Source: an uncultured Candidatus Saccharimonadales bacterium
GTDB taxonomy: Bacteria > Patescibacteriota > Saccharimonadia > UBA4664 > SCTI01
Assembly (NCBI GenBank): GCA_964632435.1
Contig: CAZWEJ010000002.1
Coordinates: forward strand, 1 to 58,852
DNA length: 58,852 nucleotides
Reading direction: 5' to 3'
Below, in pieces: positions 37,015 to 45,199 of the stretch. Every line of letters starts with the position of its first letter. The first letter of the stretch is position 1. Made by a program: the position numbers and the translations under genes. The notes beneath the pieces were generated by a model. It was not told the DNA's origin, did not search any database, and saw only the letters and a list, made by a program, of their open reading frames with translations.

Positions 37015-37301
37015 ACAGCCTGTTAATAAGCTGGGGGCGGTATGTTAAAAACATAACCGCTTTTTGTTTTGTTTCCACATGGGTGCAAAAGATACATAAC
37101 AATTTTGAACAGGATTTCCAAAGATTGCACACATATTGTGCACAAGATGATACAATTTTTACCCAGGCTAAATTAGCTGTTTCTTGGCTTAATGAAGCGT
37201 TAATTAAAATTTGTACCCAGTTTCCCCAACGACTATTACTACTGCAACTGAATAAAAAAATTATAAAGTATAATATTTAATACTGTGAGGATGTGGAAAC
37301 A
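37015..37301. other. Candidate oriC segment (dnaA-dnaN spacer) with DnaA-box-like 9-mers and an AT-rich unwinding region
   Basis: gTTTCCACA at 37071-37079 and its inverted copy at 37292-37300. TTGTGCACA at 37136-37144. A very AT-rich tract at about 37200-37285. Confidence 0.5.
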
Positions 37302-38408
37302 ATGAAACTAAGTTCAACTCAGGAAAATCTTTCAAAAGCTCTTAACACGGTTGGAAGAATAGTAAGTACAAGAGCAAGTCTCCCTGTCCTTAGTCATGTG
37401 CTATTGAGCGCCGATAGTAATCGATTACGAATTGCTGCAACTAACTTAGAAATCGGAATTAATTATTGGATCGGCTGCAAGGTTGAGCAAGATGGTGCAG
37501 TTACTGCCCCCGCTCGCTTGTTAAGTGAGTTCGTAACCAACCTTCCTTCAGGCAATCTCAATATTCAAGCTAGCGAAGCAAACCTTACGATTACAGCCAA
37601 GCACTATGAGTCGCATATTAATGGGATTACTGCCGAAGAGTTTCCAATGATCCCCGAAGTTAAATCGGATCCCGTCGTTACCCTCCCCGCCGATACTTTG
37701 CGAGAAGCCATTGCCGAGGTTGTTGTGGCCGCTGCACTTGATGAAACCCGACCAGTTCTCGCTGGAGTATATATGTATATTGAGGAAGGTAATCTGGTTT
37801 TGGTAGCGACTGATAGCTTTAGGCTGGCTGAGCGCTTTATCAAGCTTCCGAAAGGAAACGGTACCGAGTTAAACGCGATTGTGCCAGCTAGAACTATGCA
37901 GGAACTGGTTAGAATTCTTGGTGATAGTACTGGTGATGTAAAGATATATCTCGCGGAAAACCAAGTAATGTTCCAGATGGAAGATATTGAGCTGGTTTCT
38001 AGGCTCATTGAAGGTCAGTTCCCCAATTACCGACCAATCATTCCTGCAACCGATGACACAGTTGCTACTCTTTCGACCGCGGAGTTCACACGAATTACTA
38101 AGATGGCCAATCTTTTTGCACGAGAGAATGGCGGAAGTGTGCGTATTGAGGTTCAGGCCGAGGGAGAGATTCGTATTATGTCATCGGCTTCGCAAGTTGG
38201 TGATAACACCTCAAGTGCCGAATGTGATGTTTCGGGCGACGACAGCAATATTTCTCTTAACGCTAGGTTCTTGAGTGATGCTCTGGCGGTAATCAATACA
38301 AAGCGTGTTTCGTTTAGTACCAGCGGAAAGCTTAATCCGTGTGTTATTCGGCCCGAGGGTGAAAAAGCCGACGACTATCTGCATATCATCATGCCATTGA
38401 GGACCTAG
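37302..38408 (+). CDS. dnaN: DNA polymerase III beta sliding clamp
   Basis: MKLSSTQENLSKALNTVGRIV..., a typical clamp N-terminus. The ORF track starts at GTG 37293, but ATG 37302 has better spacing from GAGG. Confidence 0.95.
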   Translation: MKLSSTQENLSKALNTVGRIVSTRASLPVLSHVLLSADSNRLRIAATNLEIGINYWIGCKVEQDGAVTAPARLLSEFVTNLPSGNLNIQASEANLTITAKHYESHINGITAEEFPMIPEVKSDPVVTLPADTLREAIAEVVVAAALDETRPVLAGVYMYIEEGNLVLVATDSFRLAERFIKLPKGNGTELNAIVPARTMQELVRILGDSTGDVKIYLAENQVMFQMEDIELVSRLIEGQFPNYRPIIPATDDTVATLSTAEFTRITKMANLFARENGGSVRIEVQAEGEIRIMSSASQVGDNTSSAECDVSGDDSNISLNARFLSDALAVINTKRVSFSTSGKLNPCVIRPEGEKADDYLHIIMPLRT

Positions 38409-38434
38409 GCTCTCCCCCGAGAGTTTGACCGGAT

Positions 38435-39490
38435 ATGATCAGCCGGATTTCTTTAACTAATTTTCGCTCGTATAAGGATCAAGTATTCGACTTGGATCCT
38501 AATATCACGGTGGTTGTTGGTCCAAATGCGACCGGTAAAACCAATCTACTTGAATCTATTTTTGTTTTGGCGACAACAAAATCGTTTAGAGCTAAAGATC
38601 AAGAGCTTATCAATCATGATGCGCACTATTACCGAATTGTTGGTAAGAGCGATGATTCCGAATTGGCTCTGGGTTTTCAGGTTAGTCATCAAGGTAAGGA
38701 AAAGAGGGCTCAACGTGATGGTGCAAAACAGACATTAGTTCAACATATCGCCCACATTCAAACGGTTTTGTTTGAGCCAAATGATTTACAGTTAATCTTA
38801 GGTAGCCCGGATCGCAGGCGTAGGTATTTAGATTTTATTCTGACCCAAACTCAACCGCAGTATCTTTCAACTATGCATCGATATCGCAGGGTGTTGCAGC
38901 AGCGTAATTCCTTACTGTCTGATTGGCAGGGTCAAACCCAAGAACTGTTTGCTTGGAACGTTAAATTGACTGAGCTTGCGACCGATATTGATACCGCTCG
39001 TCGAGATTTAATTAAGCACATCAATGGAATCGCTAAGGATCTGTATAAAGACATTGCCGGAGCACCAGAAGATCTTGAGTTGACCTATATTGGTTCGGCA
39101 GACCCTAAAGATTACGCGAGCGATTTTCTTGCTAGCCTGGAGAGAAATATTGGGCGAGATGTTGGAGCCGGTTTTACCACAATTGGTCCACATCGCGACG
39201 ACTTTGATATCCGTTTTAAACGCTCTGATGTAACGGCTGTTGCCTCTCGTGGCGAGATGAGGACTATTGTGCTGGTATTGAAGCTTTCGGAGCTTAAATA
39301 TGTTGAGCAAAAAACTCAACGCTCCCCTATTTTGTTGCTCGATGATGTCTTTAGTGAGCTAGATGATAGCCGCCGTGAATATTTAATTGGGACTCTAAAT
39401 AAGTACCAGACTGTTATTACTACCACCGATGGTGACGTCGCCAGGCGACTTGGTAGTTCGCATGTTATTGAAACATCGGGGCTGGGTTAG
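38435..39490 (+). CDS. recF: DNA replication/repair protein RecF
   Basis: Walker A GPNATGKTNLLESI, signature region, Walker B ILLLDDVFSELD. Confidence 0.92.
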   Translation: MISRISLTNFRSYKDQVFDLDPNITVVVGPNATGKTNLLESIFVLATTKSFRAKDQELINHDAHYYRIVGKSDDSELALGFQVSHQGKEKRAQRDGAKQTLVQHIAHIQTVLFEPNDLQLILGSPDRRRRYLDFILTQTQPQYLSTMHRYRRVLQQRNSLLSDWQGQTQELFAWNVKLTELATDIDTARRDLIKHINGIAKDLYKDIAGAPEDLELTYIGSADPKDYASDFLASLERNIGRDVGAGFTTIGPHRDDFDIRFKRSDVTAVASRGEMRTIVLVLKLSELKYVEQKTQRSPILLLDDVFSELDDSRREYLIGTLNKYQTVITTTDGDVARRLGSSHVIETSGLG

Positions 39491-39493
39491 AGT

Positions 39494-39742
39494 ATGCTTG
39501 AGCGGCCTAATGATTATCTCAAGAAGCGCGCAGATGAGCTTGGCCTTGATCGAGCTGATAAGTTGGCGGAAATTCAAGCTTACTTGGATGAGAAATATCC
39601 CGGAATGTGTCGAGCAGTTAGTTTGAATGATGGTGTATTGCGGATTGCGACTTCAAATTCAAGTGTTGCTAGCGAATTAAGATATAATAAACCACATTTT
39701 TTATATGTTCGATCAATAAAAATATCTATTACAAAGACTTAA
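39494..39742 (+). CDS. DUF721/DciA-like protein
   Basis: 82 aa, in the position immediately after recF. The VSLNDGVLRIATSNSSVASELR pattern is typical of DUF721. Confidence 0.55.
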   Translation: MLERPNDYLKKRADELGLDRADKLAEIQAYLDEKYPGMCRAVSLNDGVLRIATSNSSVASELRYNKPHFLYVRSIKISITKT

Positions 39743-41127
39743 TCAGTTTCATAGTCTTGATACTCTATAGGTATATTTGATGTATTAATACCAGTCTCCT
39801 TCAAAACATTATGAGCTTCTTGTCTATTTTTTTGAGTAAAGTTTGTATCTGGGCTTTCAGGTACCCGTATTATTATTTTTGTCGTACCGAAGTTATATAG
39901 TTCTATTTTGAAATTATCTTCATATAAAGGAAGAATCTTTATTAGGTTTGAAACATTAGAAGGTATCTGTACTTCGCCTTCTTTTTGAACTTTATAAAAA
40001 GCCGATTGATTGTCATCCGATGTTGAAAAGTAAATATTTTTAGCGTCGCTAGTCGTTGAGGTTATGGAGGCATTAAGAGGTGCATTAGTTATGAGGTAAG
40101 AATAATTTTTTAATGAATCGTAAATCCATAATTCTGAACCCTTTACGTAGGAAAGTTCATTTTCACTTATCCAATTAAGGTATTTAATATCTGGAGGAAG
40201 GTTCTTCTTCTTATTCAATTTGTTATCGGTGATAAACGCCTCATTTTCTGTTGTTATGGCAATCTTTGTTGAAGAAGGGTTAATTGATTTTTCAATTGCA
40301 GAGTATTCTTTTTCGAACTTAGTATTGTTTTCGAGGTTTGTCAGTATGGTTTTGTGCTTAAAATTAGAAATGCTTTCTTCTGATGAAGGCGGGACGCTTG
40401 ATATCAATAATATCTTATCCGAAGCAGAAACTGTCGGAGAATCTATTATGGTTTCAGTAACTTTTTTCCACCCTCCATTTGTATAGGACAATATTTCTTT
40501 ACCTGACGAAACAAATATATCCCCGACATTATTTATCGCTGCTGCATTTACAACCCTTCCACCTGTATCATATTGTCTGTACTGTCCATTGGTCATAGAT
40601 GAAAGTACGGTGTCACCATTTCGGTCACCCAGAAATATCCCATGGTTAGAATCTGCCCAATTGTAAAAATATATTCTTCCAAGATTGAGGTTTATTGTGG
40701 ATGGTTGGGTTGATTTTTCAGATAACGACATCAGGTAATCACTGTTATTGTCGACATACTGAAATGTATCCTTGTATTTGTTTATTCCTCTAGCTTCTAT
40801 ATTGAATAGTATTAAACTCTGCTCGGATTTAAGTTCTGGTATTTTAATTTCTTCTTTGCTACTTGCCTTTATATCTAAAACTTTTTCGAATTGCGATGTT
40901 GCAGTGCTTGCAGATACCGTATACGAACTGGGCTTGAGTCTAGTACTAAAAGACCCTCTTTTGTTAAGTATTTCGCTATTATCTTTGTTATTGATTATTC
41001 TAACGTCTGTTTCATTGGAGGCGGTGACTTGTAAAGTACCTTTTGACAATAGATTGAACGCAATAAAAACAAATATGCCAACTATAACAATCGTAACAAT
41101 TACATAAATGTACCTTTTACTTATCAT
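39739..41127 (-). CDS. Membrane-anchored extracytoplasmic protein, last gene of the T4SS-like operon (hypothetical)
   Basis: N-terminal TM helix (YVIVTIVIVGIFVFIAF). S/N/T-rich ectodomain. Markedly AT-rich. Its start overlaps the upstream stop. Confidence 0.6.
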   Translation of the reverse strand: MISKRYIYVIVTIVIVGIFVFIAFNLLSKGTLQVTASNETDVRIINNKDNSEILNKRGSFSTRLKPSSYTVSASTATSQFEKVLDIKASSKEEIKIPELKSEQSLILFNIEARGINKYKDTFQYVDNNSDYLMSLSEKSTQPSTINLNLGRIYFYNWADSNHGIFLGDRNGDTVLSSMTNGQYRQYDTGGRVVNAAAINNVGDIFVSSGKEILSYTNGGWKKVTETIIDSPTVSASDKILLISSVPPSSEESISNFKHKTILTNLENNTKFEKEYSAIEKSINPSSTKIAITTENEAFITDNKLNKKKNLPPDIKYLNWISENELSYVKGSELWIYDSLKNYSYLITNAPLNASITSTTSDAKNIYFSTSDDNQSAFYKVQKEGEVQIPSNVSNLIKILPLYEDNFKIELYNFGTTKIIIRVPESPDTNFTQKNRQEAHNVLKETGINTSNIPIEYQDYETD

Positions 41128-42383
41128 CGATCGGGTAAATTCTTATAAGCTTCATTAATTGCGGGCATAGGGTCAATAAGATTGGCATTAGCTGCTGGTC
41201 CTGGACGGGCAAAGTAACTATCCTGTCCTTTCTTTGTAACGTCAAAATGTACATGAGGGATGGTATTTTCAGCACATTGAACTGGCCCAATAGTTGCTAT
41301 GATGTCCCCTGCTTTAACTTTATCACCAACTTTTACTTTTAGGGACCCGGGTTTTAGATGTGCATAATAGAACCAATTGCCCTCATCTCCTTCGATGTGT
41401 ATTGCTGGAAACCCTCCGGGTCCTCCTGTACAGGGCTTCTCATTAACTTTTCTTACTGTGCCTTCTTTTGCAGATACGACTTTGTAACCCTCCTTAGGAC
41501 CTAAATCGGCGGCAAAATAATCATGATGACAGCTAGATGAATTGCCAGAATTTTTACAAGTCGGTTTTGTTAGGCCGCTTGGATAAGAGCTACCATAATC
41601 TTTTTTTGTTGCAACTACTGGAAATGCGAAACCGTCTGCGGTTAAGCCAATTCCACCATTTGAACCCGCACAGCTATCCCCAACACTACCGTTTACAGAT
41701 GATTGGTCTCCAGTTTTGAAGTATTTATATGCTTTAATAATTGAATTAACGTAGTCTTGGCTGTGGTTATAATCGTACGCTGCTGCTCTCAGTTCATTCT
41801 CATTTGCTCCCACTTTTCCCCCTACTGCTGCCAGATACTTTGCGGCACCATAAGCACCATCAACCAAGTCTTGAGCATCTGCTTTCCCATCGCCATTCCC
41901 GTCAACCTTGTAAGTTGCCCATGTACTTGGAATGAACTGGAAGGCGCCCATAGTACCGAATTGGTTCGTCGGCCAGTCAGCTCCATTACCATATGGTCTT
42001 GCGGGATCTCTCCATTTGCCATCACCGGTTGTTGGTGGTGGTTGGGCGGAGTCGGCATTATTAGTTGAATCACCAGTCCTTGAGTTTTCAGCATAGTAAA
42101 ATGCAGCCAAAAAGTTTGGATCTACATTGAATTTCTTCCCAGCGGCAACAAAAATCTTTTGTAATTTCTCCTGAGTAGCTTTCCTTAAGCCCTTTCCAAC
42201 AGTAGGAGAAATTGATCCACTCGCAACCACTTCGCCACCATTATTACATGCAAAGTCCTTATCATATTGCGTTGTATCAAGATTGACTCGCTGCCTATCA
42301 TTTTGAGAAATTGCGTAGGTTCGATTGATACTTATCGAGGAAAGAATAATTGCGAAAACAATGGGGATAATCAACTTTTTCAT
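41124..42383 (-). CDS. Secreted bifunctional peptidoglycan hydrolase: lytic transglycosylase (SLT-like) plus M23 (LytM) endopeptidase
   Basis: Signal peptide. SLT motifs AENS, GAFQFIPSTW and YDYNHS. M23 C-terminus YYAHL...G..V..GD.I...G....PHVHFD. Confidence 0.8.
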   Translation of the reverse strand: MKKLIIPIVFAIILSSISINRTYAISQNDRQRVNLDTTQYDKDFACNNGGEVVASGSISPTVGKGLRKATQEKLQKIFVAAGKKFNVDPNFLAAFYYAENSRTGDSTNNADSAQPPPTTGDGKWRDPARPYGNGADWPTNQFGTMGAFQFIPSTWATYKVDGNGDGKADAQDLVDGAYGAAKYLAAVGGKVGANENELRAAAYDYNHSQDYVNSIIKAYKYFKTGDQSSVNGSVGDSCAGSNGGIGLTADGFAFPVVATKKDYGSSYPSGLTKPTCKNSGNSSSCHHDYFAADLGPKEGYKVVSAKEGTVRKVNEKPCTGGPGGFPAIHIEGDEGNWFYYAHLKPGSLKVKVGDKVKAGDIIATIGPVQCAENTIPHVHFDVTKKGQDSYFARPGPAANANLIDPMPAINEAYKNLPDR

Positions 42384-45193
42384 TTAACTGGGAAGTCGTA
42401 ATGCCAGTGGCTATAGCCGGCATCACACCTTTCTCCATTATCGTGACCATTATATTTTTCAGCAGTGTTATCCAGGACAGAACCTGAAATAGCTGGTTGA
42501 CAGTTCAAGTCTACTGCTATCCCTCGGTAGTGATTAGAAGTGCTGCTGTGATCTTTGTCAGTGAGTGCGTTAACCATTATTGGGTGATCCCTAGCTACAT
42601 CTAATATGAACCTTAAAACATTAGGGTTTAAGTCAACTTCCCTATTCTGAACAGCAAAAGGATCCATTGATGTAGTATAAGCTTTTTTACCTTCAGACAT
42701 CGCAACAACCACGTCCCGGGTATTTACTCCATTATTTGTCCAATACGTTATTTTCGAATTTGCCAGCATTCTCTTCGCAAGCTCTTGAAGGTCGCCACTA
42801 ATTCTTCCGCCTGTTGACGAGTCTTCTTCTGCTCCCGAATCTACGAAACCCACTGAGGCACATTCTTCGTCATCGCTATACATGCAAGACATACTGTTTG
42901 CCACAGCTTCATCCATTAAGCACAAGCTGCTTGGTGGATCTTGGCCTTTTCCTACAGCGTTGTTAAAGACTTCAATCTCTTGGTCACACTCGGATTTAGA
43001 TTGGCTATTATAAGGTTCACTATTTAAATCGTCTTCTGAGAATCCGTATCTTTTTACTCCATACAGATTATCATCCTGTTGTTGAGCAAAAGCTGGGCCA
43101 GTAGTAATCCTTGAAATAATATTAGGCATTGATGCGAGAAAGTTGGTTATGCCTCTTGGAGATATTGTGCTGATTGCTTTAGTACTTTGCCCTAACAAAC
43201 CCTGATAATTTGAGGGTGTAGCCATAACTAATCTAGAAAACAATGAGTTTGGATTTTCGAGGGAAGTAAGTTTTTCTACCGTGGTTTTATCAATATCTTT
43301 TTCATATCTTGCAATACTTGCATCTTGGTTTAGCTTTGAAACCTGTGAATCTGTCAGTGGTCCTCCTCCCATTGTTTGCGTGAGCGATTCGGCAACCACC
43401 GCTCCTCCTGCATCTACGCAGTTCATCATTCGTCCACCAGACTCCTCCCCCGAGCAAACAGGGGAGCCACCAAGGTATTCAACAATTTTAGTCACGAAGC
43501 TTTGAAACATCTGGTTTAAATCTACGCCTGTAATTTTTCCAAACAGCCAAATACCCGCATTTGAAGCTTCACCGACTATAGAATTTATGGCACCCATTAC
43601 TGCTGAAATAATTCGATCAACAATCGAACCGTTGTACCAATCAAAGAATTTTGAAGCAACTTTACCAAGGCTTTTTTGATATACTTCAGAAATATTTGCA
43701 GCTCTGGAGTTGTCTGAATACACCTTCATCGCATCGGTGACCTGATCGTAATCATCCTGAGAATCATTTTGCGCGTATGCTTTCCCTATTATTCCAGGGG
43801 ATTCATCTACACCCGCTATTTCCTTATAAGCATCGCTTTTTTCAATACCGTCGGTCATCTTCATGAATGAGTTTACTTCCTCTGAAGAAACCTTCTCACC
43901 TTCTTTAAGGTGATCAGTAACTGTTCCGAAGGTGAAGTAAGAAGAAGCGTATTCTGCAGCTCTCATAACTGCAATCAGCTTTACTAGCCCCATTGTGTCA
44001 GCGCCTAGTAGGTAGTCAATTTGTTTGGCGGTGTCAACATAACTCGCGGCATTTGCTATCGGAATTGCCCTTTGTACTATTTTGCTGGCAAATATCCTCG
44101 AAATTTTTCCAGCAGGCTTTCTTCCGCCTCCATCTGGCTCACTCGTACCTGCCCTTGATTCTTCAGAGCTTTGGTCTAAATCCGATTCTAGGTCGGGATC
44201 AATACTTTCATTTGCAAAACTGTTTCTATCATCGTTTGGGTTTGATGTTTCAGGACAGTCTTTGGCCTCAAAAACGCATCTATTGAAACGTCCACTCAGT
44301 AATGGTTTCGCCACCGCTTTAGACCACCTTTTTTTTACGGCGTCGTCTGTTTTATCCCTTGTGTTTTCAAAGAACCGCCACTTAGTTATGCCAAGGCGTT
44401 CGTATCCCCACTTACGAAGGTTATATCGCTTAATAACCTGCCAACTTTTAGTGTTCTCTTTTATGGCAGCATTAAAAGCTCTTCTTCCAGCTTTGTTAGA
44501 TTCAAACCTATCTTCAACAAGTCTCTCAAATTGGGTAGTATCATCTAGGCTGATATTCTTGAAATCAATATCTTCGCCTCTTACTCTGAGTGTTACCAGT
44601 CTATCTTTACCTATGCCGTCGGATTCTCGTATGAATCTAATGCCTTGTTTCTTTTCTAGATCCTCAAAAAATTTATCAGTTCGGATGTCTTTATACCATT
44701 GAGTGAAAGGATTTGGGGCGTTATACCAACCCTTTGCTTCGAAGTATCGATTCTTGCCATCCTTCTCCCCTGCTACCTCAGCCTTCATTAAGGTAACAAG
44801 AAACCTATCGCTCCTTTGGTCCATAAAATACATAAGTCGAGCCATTCTTTTTGCATCTACGTTCTCTTTCATAAAAGAAAGCTTGAAAGGTGCTAAGAAA
44901 GCAAAAAATACCGCAAGAAGAGCTGTAGAAAATCCTATAATTGCTGCCCCGATAATATAAGTTCGGCGCAGTCTTAACACTGCCCTTACACCACCAGCAG
45001 AACTATTATCTTGAGTTTTTCTTGTTACTCTTTGAGGAGAATCGTCTTCGCCTGATGATTTTCTAGATGCCAGCGCATCATTTGATACTCCTCCTGGTAG
45101 ATCTTTAGGGCTAGTTTTTTGACCAGAAGACTCTGGCTTTTCAGCCCCCATCTTTTCTTTATCATCGAGCTTTTCGTAATCTTCCGGTCGCAT
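42380..45193 (-). CDS. Large membrane-anchored protein with C-terminal LAS/M15 (VanY-like) metallopeptidase domain
   Basis: Disordered N-terminus, a single TM helix (IIGAAIIGFSTALLAVFFAFLAPF) and an ectodomain of about 800 aa. SxHxxGxAxD motif in STSNHYRGIAVDL, and a terminal HWH. Confidence 0.7.
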   Translation of the reverse strand: MRPEDYEKLDDKEKMGAEKPESSGQKTSPKDLPGGVSNDALASRKSSGEDDSPQRVTRKTQDNSSAGGVRAVLRLRRTYIIGAAIIGFSTALLAVFFAFLAPFKLSFMKENVDAKRMARLMYFMDQRSDRFLVTLMKAEVAGEKDGKNRYFEAKGWYNAPNPFTQWYKDIRTDKFFEDLEKKQGIRFIRESDGIGKDRLVTLRVRGEDIDFKNISLDDTTQFERLVEDRFESNKAGRRAFNAAIKENTKSWQVIKRYNLRKWGYERLGITKWRFFENTRDKTDDAVKKRWSKAVAKPLLSGRFNRCVFEAKDCPETSNPNDDRNSFANESIDPDLESDLDQSSEESRAGTSEPDGGGRKPAGKISRIFASKIVQRAIPIANAASYVDTAKQIDYLLGADTMGLVKLIAVMRAAEYASSYFTFGTVTDHLKEGEKVSSEEVNSFMKMTDGIEKSDAYKEIAGVDESPGIIGKAYAQNDSQDDYDQVTDAMKVYSDNSRAANISEVYQKSLGKVASKFFDWYNGSIVDRIISAVMGAINSIVGEASNAGIWLFGKITGVDLNQMFQSFVTKIVEYLGGSPVCSGEESGGRMMNCVDAGGAVVAESLTQTMGGGPLTDSQVSKLNQDASIARYEKDIDKTTVEKLTSLENPNSLFSRLVMATPSNYQGLLGQSTKAISTISPRGITNFLASMPNIISRITTGPAFAQQQDDNLYGVKRYGFSEDDLNSEPYNSQSKSECDQEIEVFNNAVGKGQDPPSSLCLMDEAVANSMSCMYSDDEECASVGFVDSGAEEDSSTGGRISGDLQELAKRMLANSKITYWTNNGVNTRDVVVAMSEGKKAYTTSMDPFAVQNREVDLNPNVLRFILDVARDHPIMVNALTDKDHSSTSNHYRGIAVDLNCQPAISGSVLDNTAEKYNGHDNGERCDAGYSHWHYDFPVK

Positions 45194-45199
45194 AAAATA

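Noticed and set aside
37011-37280. 89-aa plus-strand ORF between dnaA and dnaN
   Set aside because: It lies entirely in the AT-rich spacer that carries DnaA-box-like 9-mers and has no SD sequence. This is more plausibly non-coding origin DNA.
44082-44702. 206-aa antisense ORF, and the many other 60-136-aa ORFs antisense to long genes (for example 8355-8726, 12643-13020, 32924-33334, 37604-38008)
   Set aside because: Each is fully embedded opposite a well-supported gene. They are S/L/R/C-rich, as is typical for antisense frames, and have no independent start signals.
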